This document shows positions 40,877 to 50,637 of a stretch of 64,000 nt of DNA, piece by piece. The position numbers and the translations under genes were made by a program. Origin of the DNA: Synechococcus sp. (GTDB lineage Bacteria; Cyanobacteriota; Cyanobacteriia; PCC-6307; Cyanobiaceae); contig JBJBCN010000002.1 of assembly GCA_047285805.1 (NCBI GenBank), positions 1,280,001-1,344,000 on the forward strand, given 5' to 3'. The first letter of the stretch is position 1. Each line of letters starts with the position of its first letter. The notes beneath the pieces were generated by a model that saw only the letters and a program-made list of their open reading frames with translations, was not told the DNA's origin and made no database searches.

Positions 40877-41548
40877 GACTCACTCCTATGGGACCATCAA
40901 TGAACCCAGCCGTGCTCACCCAAAACGACCAGCTGGAGCAGGAGTGGCAGCAGCGTCTGCTGATGAAACCCAGCATTGGCCAGGCGGACAAAAAAAGGAC
41001 GGCTTGCGCCCCGCCTCGGTTTCTGCATTGAAACCCACTAGTAGGCTTGAAAGTAATAGTGCGGCTAGGCCTTAAACAGCTAAGTGTCTTTTGTCACCTA
41101 CTGAGCACTGAGCTGGTCCAAGAGTTTCGAGAACAGTGTTGGGTCAGGGGGAACCGTCCGCTCTCGTTGACATGATTACGCGGATCTCGCCGAAACGCCT
41201 TACGAAGCCGGTCAGGAACTTCTTTTGTGGAACCGCACGCCTACAGAGCGCAAAGGCCACCGAAAACGATGTGATCCCCAAGACATTGGCGGTTAACACG
41301 ACTGTTGTTCCGCTCGTTCTCGACCGATCCGCGACAGGCTTCTCTTACCTTTCGTCAGACCTCTGTGCCCAAATTCCACAACGAAGTGATTGAGCTGACT
41401 GGTTACACGCTGGACCGCTGGGACCTACATGGCGTTCCCTGTAGCTGCCCTGAATGCACTGCTGACTATGAGACTCTGCGGGTGATGCAGCTCTCAACAG
41501 GCAAGCGTTTCCCGAGAACAGCGGGTTGACCATGGGCAGAAATCGGCG

Positions 41549-41932
41549 CTAACCCTTAAGCCAAATCCGGGAGATGATCCAGGCAAAGAGGCCGCAAGGA
41601 ATGGCAAACCCAATAAGCCCAACTGCCATCGCTATTGGCTCTAGCAATGCAGCGGGACTCCGGGGCATCAGCTGCCACACCCAGTTTTTGATCACTCCCC
41701 TGCAGAACAGGGGTAGAAAGAACATCACCGGCACGTACATCGTCGAGAGCATGACGGTGATGACGATCTTCTTGATCTTGCTGAGCTGGCGTCTTTCCAA
41801 TTTGTTGCCTGGTTCGGGAGGTGGTCCGATAGGCGTCATTCCACCTGGCCTTACAGGGCAGCCGCATTTGGGACATGCGGGAGCCTGATTCGAGAACTCG
41901 TGGCCGCACTCGCTGCAGGTTATGAGAGTCAT
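41549..41932 (-). CDS. zinc-ribbon membrane protein
   Basis: MTLITCSECGHEFSNQAPACPKCGCP followed by two TM helices. Confidence 0.8.
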   Translation of the reverse strand: MTLITCSECGHEFSNQAPACPKCGCPVRPGGMTPIGPPPEPGNKLERRQLSKIKKIVITVMLSTMYVPVMFFLPLFCRGVIKNWVWQLMPRSPAALLEPIAMAVGLIGFAIPCGLFAWIISRIWLKG

Positions 41933-42321
41933 GCAGCAATGGTGACCTTTGCTCGGAGACGCATCAACCGTCCGTCTTCACCCGTTGATAAGTCCCTTAT
42001 AGAGACGAGCCTGAAGACAAAAAACTCCGACTTCAAAACGAAGGCGTCGGAGGGGTATTGGGCGGGCTCAGGGAGAAATCGGGGAGGGAGTTAGCTCCCC
42101 GGCGGATCGCTGGGACTCGCCAATCAGCGTTCCTCGGATCATTTATGGCAAAGCCCATTGGGGTAGTGCGAGGGCTTGTAATGAAGCTCAACTGCGACTG
42201 CGCACCCACTTACTGGCATTTTGTATCTAAATGAGCCATAACCAAGGAGTGCCGTGCGGTGCACAGGGAGAGAAAGGAGCCGGTTGGTGACCGGCTTTTT
42301 TCTTGCTCGCCAAACAGCTCG

Positions 42322-42426
42322 CCGACCCACTGCTCAGTAGCGGGGAGTGTTGAGGTGGGGGAGGTAGCTGCTCCCCCTTCTCGGGTCACGGGTTCTCTCG
42401 GACCGTGTCCTCAGTGGTTATGGCTC
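42322..42426. repeat. three-hairpin repeat family, copy C
   Basis: First 63 nt match copy A except two substitutions and the 7-nt loop. Confidence 0.75.
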
Positions 42427-43834
42427 TGGTCGCCTTGGAAGTGCAAGGGGCACCATGGCGTTATGAACGCTGATGGCGGACGTGACTGTTCACGCCCAGG
42501 CCATACAAGGCATCCAGCTCCCGGCAAGCGCCGAGAACAGCACCAACGTTTTCTGCTTGAGCGCAACCCCAACGGCCGCTTTGAGCTGACTGACCACCAA
42601 GCAAAATGCTGTCGTCGCTCAGCGAGCCTCTACCACTTTAGCCTCGATCCGAGCCAATGCTTTCTGGATCAACCGATAGCCCTGACTTCTTGAGCCCCCG
42701 CCCCACCGCTGTCGCGCATAAGTGACACATGAGCTCTTGGGGCTGCCTACCAGGATCAGTCACTGCAGCTTGTCAACTCGGTCTCTGGTGACTGAGGCGG
42801 TCTAACGAGGTGTGTCACTTCTAGGTCCAGGACATAAAGCAGAATTTCCCTGTGGGCCAAGGCCGTCATCCCGACTTAAATCGGTATAACCTTCTGCAGA
42901 ATGACCGGGGTGTGGGCTGTTGTGGCCGCAATCGCTTTTGCGACCGCGCATGGATCTCTGAGTTGATCATTCATTACAGCCGCAAGCAATTGCCAGAGCC
43001 GCTGTACTGGGATCTAGCAGGGGAATAAAGAGAAATAGACATGACTGCGTTGAAAAAACAAGGCCGAGCGAGAGAGGCACTGTCAGCAGTAAATAATCCA
43101 ACAACCTATGGTTTAAAGCAGCACCCTGTCCACCGTCTTGATCGATCAGACTCGAAAAGCAGTACACCAAGACGCCTATCGAAAATCCATGAAGCGTTTT
43201 GCTTAGTGATCAATGCTTAAGTATCGGGTCCCATCCGGCAGGGGCCTTTTTTCTGACTTAGCAGAAGTCTCAAGCTTTACCCCCCTCCACCTGAGTTTAA
43301 TAATACGAGGACGAAGGCTATAGAACTAAAGGCAAGAAACAATGCCAAAAGGATTGACTCGAGCTTAAGCATAGCTAACGAGTGCTTAATCAACAAAAGA
43401 ACAATGCGAGATCCAACTTTAGCGCTTGTCGAATCGAAACCAAAACAAAAGACGCCTTTGGTAGTAATACTTGCTACATCAGAATGCACCTAAAGAGGGA
43501 TTCGATCGCATCCCATAGCAAACGAAGCAATGCTTGCCTAGAAAAAGATGCCCAAACCAAGAGGCAACAGGTGCAACATTTAACCAATGACTTGGCAGGT
43601 CATTCCGCATACCAGTTAGCCACCTAAAAGCCATCTATTTGAGCACTTGAAGGACAAATGCAACAAAGATCACGGATGGCGGGCAGAAATTAAGCGGGGA
43701 CTGAGTGACGCGAGGGGCCTAGGCAATCAACAGCCAAACGTAGTGTTTTCTGGATGGGAAAGCGAACCGACTTCCTCTTTTGGCTTGCCAGCAAGTCCGT
43801 TCTCCCATTGGGGCTGCCATCCAGTAAAGCCTCA

Positions 43835-43886
43835 CCCAACACCCTCCGACCCCGACTTCAACAAGTCGGGGTCGGAGGGTGTTGGG
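43835..43886. repeat. perfect 24-bp inverted repeat with 4-nt loop
   Basis: CCCAACACCCTCCGACCCCGACTT-CAAC-AAGTCGGGGTCGGAGGGTGTTGGG. Confidence 0.9.
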
Positions 43887-44206
43887 CCCAACTGAGTGCA
43901 TCCGATGCTTGCAGTTAAACGCTGCAGGAAGCCTAGTTTGACAACACAATATTACATACAACTCGACTCAATCATGATATTGATTGATTTTGCTCACGGC
44001 AGCCAGGTATCAGGTCGCAACCGCATGCGATACACCAGAAGGAGGACTTTCTTCGGGTTGACCGAAAATCCAGACACGTACAACAAACAATCAGGCATAG
44101 GGAGTCAAAAACAATTTCAACAAGGCCTTGCATGCAAGTCAAAGAATAAGAAGAAATAGAGCGAGGAAAGCCTGCCGAGACTGACCAATATCACTTTTCC
44201 TTAGGA

Positions 44207-45223
44207 TTACATCCTAATTGGCCGTACTCGAGAATTACGACTGATTTTGCCCGCATTACTTTCCAGGATATCAGGTAGCAAGTTCCAGGCTATGGAAACA
44301 CCATCATTAGCTGTGAAAGCCGTCTCAATAAGCTGTTGATTGGCCCAGCTGATATCGAGAGTCGAATAAGTATTCTGAGCTGTCTTTCCACCTTGAATTA
44401 GACGCCTGGGTCCACCCCCTAAAGCTCCGAGGCAAATGAGGTCCAATTGACCTTTGCGACCCGAATACCATGCGTGTTGGTGGCCACTTATGTAACCATG
44501 AACATTGCCGGTCTCAAGAACATCGTGAATTAGAGATGAATTGGCCAGATACTCGCCTGGCTTGTCGCGACCTTGACTAATGCCAACTAGTGGCAGATGT
44601 CCGACCACAAACCTAAGTTTTGCTCGGTAGGCCGCTGGGCTTGCTAATTGTCGGCGTGCCCATGAAATTTGTTGTTGAGGTATAAATGCAGAACTCGCAT
44701 CCCAAACCAACCAGAACACATCGTCCTGCAGAACGGTGTAGTGGAAAGGGAAGTCAGCAATATCTACGAAGTTCAAACCCAAGGAATCACGCTGAGAATT
44801 CCAAAAGTGCCTTAACGAGGCTCGATCAAGCTCAAATCCTGGTGCACCATCATGGTTGCCAACTGCAGGCATGAAAGGGATTCCTGATCTACTTGCTGGA
44901 AGCAACACATTTCGAGCAAAGCTACCCCACATCGCATCGAGTCGAAATGATGATAATTCGCGCTTTTGACCAGCAATCATATCACCAGCACAAACGATCA
45001 GCGAGGGACGAAGAGATATGAGATGTTGCAATCCTTGCGAAACATGGGGAATATAGGTCAAAGATCCGTAGCTACTATTGAGATCGCTAATAAGGCCAAC
45101 CTTCAAATCAATCTGATCAGCACCGACATAATTAGCGGACTGAGCCTTCAGCACAGACGCGTTCACGCTTAGACCAGCAGCCAATCCGGCAACATGTAGA
45201 AATTGACGACGGGTCAAATGCAT
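44207..45223 (-). CDS. Tat-exported calcineurin-like metallophosphoesterase
   Basis: TRRQFL twin-arginine signal; SDLN, AGDM, GNHD, VGHLP, SGHQH motifs. Confidence 0.9.
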   Translation of the reverse strand: MHLTRRQFLHVAGLAAGLSVNASVLKAQSANYVGADQIDLKVGLISDLNSSYGSLTYIPHVSQGLQHLISLRPSLIVCAGDMIAGQKRELSSFRLDAMWGSFARNVLLPASRSGIPFMPAVGNHDGAPGFELDRASLRHFWNSQRDSLGLNFVDIADFPFHYTVLQDDVFWLVWDASSAFIPQQQISWARRQLASPAAYRAKLRFVVGHLPLVGISQGRDKPGEYLANSSLIHDVLETGNVHGYISGHQHAWYSGRKGQLDLICLGALGGGPRRLIQGGKTAQNTYSTLDISWANQQLIETAFTANDGVSIAWNLLPDILESNAGKISRNSRVRPIRM

Positions 45224-45522
45224 AGCAAGACCAGAAGCAGGTGGCAGAGCAGGGCATTGAGTCAATTCCCACGGAAAGCACTATAGACATAATTGACAGA
45301 CAAAAACAAACCAAGATGCTGATGTCAATATCAAGCTGTCTTAAGACTTTCACTCATCCTTGAGAACAAGGTCAACTAAACGAATAATGCCCCTCAACTC
45401 AGTACAGGCTAATGTCTCAATTGTCACAACCTGATGCATCGATTGACGCCGCTCCCCTGATTCTGTACAGCAAGATTGATCCGAAGTCATTTTTATGACT
45501 TACCTCTTTGGTGTGAGGACCA

Positions 45523-47133
45523 ATGAAACTGTTCCAGAAGCTTCTTCTGGCGCCTGCAGCACTGGGCCTTCTGGCTCCTGTCGCTGCAAACGCCGCTGAC
45601 GTCAACATTGCTGGCCTGAGCCAGTACGGCGTCGAAGAGCAGGTGACTTCGATCACCCAGTTCTCCGACGTGCAGCCCACCGACTGGGCTTATCAGGCAC
45701 TGAGCAACCTGATCGAGCGCTACGGCTGCGTCGCTGGTTACCCCAACGGCACCTATCGCGGCAACCGTGCGATGACCCGCTATGAAGCGGCCGCACTGCT
45801 GAACGCTTGCCTCGACCGGATCACTGAGGTGACTGACGAGCTCAAGCGCCTGATGAAGGAATTCGAGCGTGAGCTGGCTGTGCTCCGCGGCCGCGTTGAT
45901 GGCCTCGAGGCCCGCGTCGGCGAACTGGAAGCTACTCAGTTCTCCACTACTACCAAGTTACGCGGCAAGGCTGATTTTGTCGTTGGTGGGGGGGCCTACA
46001 CGGGTGATACCTCAGGTCTGACAACATCCAGTGGTAAGTACACCGGTCAAGATGTTGTCACGTTCAACTACCGCTTGACCCTAAATCTCGATACAAGCTT
46101 TACGGGCAAAGACCTCCTTTACACCAGACTGCGGTCTGGCAACTTCAACAAAAACTTCTTCTCGGGCAAGGGCTACACAGGCAACCAAACAATGCTCAAT
46201 GTTGCCAAGGAGACTGGCAACATCCTTAAGGTCGACAAGCTCTGGTATCAATTCCCAGTTGGCAATGAGCTCAAGGTCTGGGTTGGACCACTGATCGAGA
46301 ATTACTACATGCTGGGCAGCACACCCAGTGTTTATCGACCCATCCTCAAACAGTTCAAGCTTGGCGGTTACTACGGAGTTTATGGCGCGAGCACATCACC
46401 TGGAGCCGGTGTCAGCTGGAAGCAAGCCTACAAAGGAAGTGGGATGCCACGCTTTAGCGTAAGTGCAAACTACACAGCGAAAAATGGTGGCAATGGTAAT
46501 GGTGGTATTGGCACAGATCAGTCCAAAGGAAAATTCTTAGCTCAAGCTGGATATGGCACCAACTTTTGGAACCTGACTGCTGCCTATGCCTACATCCAGA
46601 AGGGTGCGACTGTCGGCTACGGCACACCGCTCGGTGCAAATACCAATGTTGTGGGGAGCGGCAACAAATCCGTATCACGCGGATTTGATTCGGCAAATGC
46701 CGTTGCTCTGAATGCCTGGTGGCAACCTCAGAACCGTGGCTGGATTCCTGCAGTCAGCGCAGGCTGGGGTTTGACTGCCTTTGACAGCTCCGAAACCGAA
46801 TTCGGTACTGGTGAAAAATTCCAGACTCAGGACTGGATGGTTGGCTTGGGATGGAAAGATGCTTTCGTTAAGGGCAACCTTCTAGGCTTTGCCATCGGTC
46901 AGCCTCAGTTTGAGACAGGACGCTCCGGCAACACAACTCCCCAAGACGGGAATTACGCAATGGAGCTCTATTACCAATACGCAGTGTCTGACAACGTCAC
47001 TGTTACTCCTGCTGTCTATTACCTGTCTCGCCCCTTCGGTGAGCTGACTGGCACGAACGATACCTACGGCGGAACTGGTGCTGATTCATTCGGCGCCCTT
47101 GGCGCTTTGGTCAAGACCACCTTCAAATTCTGA
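45523..47133 (+). CDS. SLH-domain outer-membrane porin (SomA/SomB family)
   Basis: QFSDVQPTDWAYQAL..ERYGCVAGYP, TQFSTTTKL, C-terminal TTFKF. Confidence 0.96.
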   Translation: MKLFQKLLLAPAALGLLAPVAANAADVNIAGLSQYGVEEQVTSITQFSDVQPTDWAYQALSNLIERYGCVAGYPNGTYRGNRAMTRYEAAALLNACLDRITEVTDELKRLMKEFERELAVLRGRVDGLEARVGELEATQFSTTTKLRGKADFVVGGGAYTGDTSGLTTSSGKYTGQDVVTFNYRLTLNLDTSFTGKDLLYTRLRSGNFNKNFFSGKGYTGNQTMLNVAKETGNILKVDKLWYQFPVGNELKVWVGPLIENYYMLGSTPSVYRPILKQFKLGGYYGVYGASTSPGAGVSWKQAYKGSGMPRFSVSANYTAKNGGNGNGGIGTDQSKGKFLAQAGYGTNFWNLTAAYAYIQKGATVGYGTPLGANTNVVGSGNKSVSRGFDSANAVALNAWWQPQNRGWIPAVSAGWGLTAFDSSETEFGTGEKFQTQDWMVGLGWKDAFVKGNLLGFAIGQPQFETGRSGNTTPQDGNYAMELYYQYAVSDNVTVTPAVYYLSRPFGELTGTNDTYGGTGADSFGALGALVKTTFKF

Positions 47134-47149
47134 CCCTCACAGAATCACT

Positions 47150-47206
47150 GGCCTCCGAAAGGAGGCCTTTTTTATTGCCATAAAAAGCCCTCGGCTAGGA
47201 GGGCTT
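47150..47206. terminator. back-to-back intrinsic terminators for the porin (+) and the small secreted gene (-)
   Basis: GGCCTCC-GAAA-GGAGGCC-T6 and AAAAAGCCCTC..GAGGGCTT. Confidence 0.85.
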
Positions 47207-47218
47207 CAGAAGTAAGAA

Positions 47219-47449
47219 CTACCAACAATTCTCACCTTCTCCAATCGGCACACAAACCTCTTCTTGCTCGGCTTTCTCCTTGAAAGCTTTTAGCTCAGCA
47301 TCTGGCTTGGCCTCATCATCAACTTCTTGGTCAGTCGTCCACTCTTGAAAGCCTCCTTGAGGCGAAGACTGGGAGAATGCAGGAATGGCTGCCTGGGTCG
47401 AAAGAGCTGCTGTCGCCGCCAAAAGAATTGCAGCAGGGGATCTTTTCAT
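47219..47449 (-). CDS. small secreted acidic protein
   Basis: Signal peptide; C-terminal VCVPIGEGENCW. Confidence 0.7.
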   Translation of the reverse strand: MKRSPAAILLAATAALSTQAAIPAFSQSSPQGGFQEWTTDQEVDDEAKPDAELKAFKEKAEQEEVCVPIGEGENCW

Positions 47450-47518
47450 TTGGGTAATTGGTTTGACTCAATTATAGGACTTTCTGACCCATAAAGAGCC
47501 CCTGTAAACACAGTACTA

Positions 47519-48180
47519 TCAGCTTGAAAGTCTTCGTAGAGCATTGGTGTAAGCCTGAAACACAAGATCGAGTTCTTCACTCCTCCCATGCTTTGCAAGG
47601 AGTCCCTTTGCCCCTGCATTTAAAGAAAGTAGGATTTGACGATCTTCCGCCGACTTGAGGTAGCTTTTTATCCGGACGCCACAAGCGGACCTCACTCCTT
47701 CTTCTATCTTACAAAGACGATGAATCGGTGAGTTTGGGTAGATGAAGAAATCGCCTATTTGTATAAGCTAGCTTTCGTCGAAATCAAGCCTTCAACTTGA
47801 AGCTGCCCCCTCATAGGCATCAAGATCACTTACGAAAACCGTAAATGAAAGATCTCTTCTGCGATAAGCGGTGAATGGGTTGTCTAAATACCAACCATAA
47901 CCAGATTCACACTTTGAAAGGATCATGCCGTGGATTCGCTCGGTATTGAAAAACTTGTACAAGGAGTTGGGTCAGTATCTTTTCGTTGATAAATCAGGAA
48001 ATTCTTTGGCAAGACTCGCTTGAAAGATATAGCTGCTGATTCTTTTTGACGGGTAATGCCTGAGCGCTGGCCCCCAAGCATCCATCCGCCAACTGGCGAG
48101 GTTCTAGACAGGTTCTTACTTGAACTTTTTAGACTTATAGCTGGAAATTACCTCTGCGGCAAGGACATCCATACGCGCAT
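47519..48180 (-). pseudogene. piuC: PKHD-type Fe(II)/2OG hydroxylase (PiuC/YbiX) pseudogene
   Basis: Fragments in shifting frames: KKNQQL, RIHGMIL..GYGWYLDNPF..RRDLSFTVFVSD.DAYEGG, IYPNSPIHR, LDLVFQAYTNALRRL*; divergent from futA. Confidence 0.8.
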
Positions 48181-48294
48181 TAGCTTTTACAAGATTTAGT
48201 GCAGTTAACGTGGCAGATCAGACCTGAGCAGGTGATAAAAGTCACTAGAGACAAGTCTCCCCAGAGCTAAGATGAAGAAAGCAAAGGAAACTAA

Positions 48295-49296
48295 ATGAAA
48301 AGATACATCCTGCCTCTTCTTTCCCTTTGGGTTGCAGCTCCAGCACTTACACAAGCGGCGGAAGTTCGTGTTTATTCTGGTCGTCACTATAACTCGGATC
48401 GCAAAGTCTTCAAAAAGTTCTCCGACCTGACAGGTATCAGGGTTCGACTTCTTGAGGCAACAGGCATCTCATTGGTTGAACGACTCAAACGCGAAGGAGA
48501 TCGAGCTAATGCCGATGTGATCATTCTAGTTGACGCTGCACGGATTCAATCAGCGGCAGATCAGGGTCTCTTGCAGTCATCAGCGACCGATGTTCTGGTT
48601 CGCCAGGTTCCAAGTGAATATCGGGATCCAAAGGGGAGATGGTTTGGAATGACGCGCCGCATTAGGGGAATAATTGTCAATCCAAATCGTGTTGATAGCG
48701 AATTAATTCAAGGCTATGGTGATCTCACCTCTCCAAATCTGAATGGTGAGCTGTGCTTGAGAAAGCGAAAGAATGTGTACAATCAATCGCTAGTTGCCAG
48801 CCAAATCGCCCTAAACGGACAGGCCAAAACCAAGCAATGGCTTAATGGGATGCTGCGAAATGTTTCCGAGCCATTCTTTTCTAGTGACACAGCATTGATA
48901 CGAGCAGTCGCCCAGGGCAAATGCGGAGTTGGTGTTGTCAATCACTACTACTTGGCTAGAATGCAAGCTGGCGGGAATGGAAAACGGGATTCTGAATTAT
49001 CCAAGAATGTCGAACTGATACTACCCAGACCTGCACATGTCAACATTAGTGCCATCGGAATCGCGGCCTCTGCCAAGAACTACAAGGAAGCAATCCAACT
49101 TACGGAGTTTTTAACATCCAATCGCGGAAGCTCTGCCCTCTCGAGCTCTACCTATGAATACCCAATATTGGGGAATAGTTCTTCTAGCAAGCTCAAAGAA
49201 TATGGAGCTTTTACACCAGATGGGGTATCGATTAGCAATCTCTCGAAGCAGCTGAAACCAGCTCTAACTCTAATGACTAAAAGCGGCTGGAAGTAA
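48295..49296 (+). CDS. futA: Fe(III) ABC transporter periplasmic binding protein (FutA/IdiA)
   Basis: VYSGRHYNSD, DVIILVDAAR, NVYNQSL, VVNHYYLAR, HVNIS, TYEYP. Confidence 0.93.
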   Translation: MKRYILPLLSLWVAAPALTQAAEVRVYSGRHYNSDRKVFKKFSDLTGIRVRLLEATGISLVERLKREGDRANADVIILVDAARIQSAADQGLLQSSATDVLVRQVPSEYRDPKGRWFGMTRRIRGIIVNPNRVDSELIQGYGDLTSPNLNGELCLRKRKNVYNQSLVASQIALNGQAKTKQWLNGMLRNVSEPFFSSDTALIRAVAQGKCGVGVVNHYYLARMQAGGNGKRDSELSKNVELILPRPAHVNISAIGIAASAKNYKEAIQLTEFLTSNRGSSALSSSTYEYPILGNSSSSKLKEYGAFTPDGVSISNLSKQLKPALTLMTKSGWK

Positions 49297-49407
49297 CTCG
49301 GAGCTCTCCACACAATCGAATCAACAGATGGGTCGACCATGGGCGAATGCCGGTTGTGAATCAAAAATTTTCGCCAGGTTTAGCCACTGCAAATCTCTTT
49401 AGAGGCC

Positions 49408-50370
49408 TCAGCCCAACCTCAGCGACGAGCTATCTGCAGGGTTGGCGGCGACGTAGCCACCAGTCGTCGACGCCGATGAATGGGCCAGCGTGCATTGCAG
49501 AGTGAACACGTCCCACCCCCTACGAATGGTATGGGTCGCGTGAGTGTGCCGGCACCTGTACGGGTGAAGCAGGCCCCCCGCCTCTTGGCCCCACTTGGCC
49601 ATTAGACCGGCCACGGCCTGACGGGTCAGCGGACCATCCCGACGATCAGACGGGAAGAGCCATTCCTCCACCTCACCGCGGCCGAGCGACTCGAACAGCG
49701 CGAGCGTCTCCTTACTTGTACGAACGGTGCGGGCCTTTGATCCCTTCCCAAGCAAATGAATCTGGGCACCGTCTTCCAGGGGCTCGCTGTCCTGCCAGCG
49801 CAAACGGCACAACTCGGTGACGCGACAACCGATCAGGTAGCGGCCTTTGACCATGACGAAGTCGCGCGCGGCTGTCCCACGGCCCTGGCCGTCGGCCGCC
49901 TTGGCAATCGTGGCCAGCACCATGCCCAACTCGTCATCGGTCAAAGCCTTGGCGAGCTTTGGAGCGTGCAGGGTGGCTCGGCGCGGCATCAGGTTTCGGG
50001 GAACTTCCGTCACCGCAGACCGGGTGGGCTCGGAGGCCCAGCGGTACATGGCACTGACGGCAGTGATGCGGCGGTTGAAACTGCGCGGCTTGAGTTCGTC
50101 AGCCGACACCATTTCCAGCAGCGAGGACACCCAGTCATCCACGAGGGCCGGGTCCAACTCCCGTAAGTGCAGGTGGGGGTGCAGCTCATCTCGCCAGCGG
50201 ACGAACGGGCGCAGCTCGCGGGCGTAGCCGTTGATGGTCTCCTGGCTCCCGGTGCGGCTGCACTGTTCAAGGAAACGCTTCAAAAGAAGGTCGTCTCCCC
50301 ACAGCACGGCCCCTGCCGTGGCGGCGTCGAACAGACGCGAGACGTACGCCAAAGCCTCCGCCTTATCCAT
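49408..50370 (-). CDS. tyrosine recombinase (XerC/D-like, SAM-like N-domain)
   Basis: GCRVTEL, GKGSKAR, HPYRCRHTHATH, LAHSS..TT..Y; some motifs atypical. Confidence 0.88.
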   Translation of the reverse strand: MDKAEALAYVSRLFDAATAGAVLWGDDLLLKRFLEQCSRTGSQETINGYARELRPFVRWRDELHPHLHLRELDPALVDDWVSSLLEMVSADELKPRSFNRRITAVSAMYRWASEPTRSAVTEVPRNLMPRRATLHAPKLAKALTDDELGMVLATIAKAADGQGRGTAARDFVMVKGRYLIGCRVTELCRLRWQDSEPLEDGAQIHLLGKGSKARTVRTSKETLALFESLGRGEVEEWLFPSDRRDGPLTRQAVAGLMAKWGQEAGGLLHPYRCRHTHATHTIRRGWDVFTLQCTLAHSSASTTGGYVAANPADSSSLRLG

Positions 50371-50470
50371 GCCGTCGAGCAGGGGAGGAAGCTCTTTGCG
50401 TGCAGTTTTGCGTGCAACCGGTTTTCGAGCTTCTGACGTAATCGCCAGATCGGTTGCGGCGGAATGATTG

Positions 50471-50508
50471 AAGGGGCCTTCCAGCCCCAGCGGATCATTT
50501 GGTTGATA
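50471..50508. repeat. att-like direct repeat, left copy
   Basis: AAGGGGCCTTCCAGCCCCAGCGGATCATTTGGTTGATA. Confidence 0.8.
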
Positions 50509-50637
50509 AGACTGAGTGCCCCCAAAGCGGCACAGTTCTTTTCAGGCAGATGTCTTTCTAAGCCTGAGTTTACGAAAGCCACCCACAGCAAACGAAAGCT
50601 TGCGGGAGCTATTTTATCCGGAGAATTATCCGGGGAG

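Noticed and set aside
36936..42426. Repeat family as a CRISPR array
   Set aside because: Copies are 1.4-2.4 kb apart, diverged and without regular spacers; no cas genes in the window
42826..42837. TCCAGGACATAA matching the reverse complement of 2925-2936
   Set aside because: A 12-mer match is expected by chance in 64 kb and the flanks do not align; the site also lacks a canonical dif left arm
45270..45520. Pho or Fur boxes between the phosphoesterase and the porin
   Set aside because: Only isolated half-site-like words; no properly spaced repeat could be supported
50464..50637. N-terminal extension of integrase 1 (also 60128-60205 for integrase 2)
   Set aside because: Runs through the att repeat and arm-type sites; paralog similarity starts near ATG 50638 and 60206
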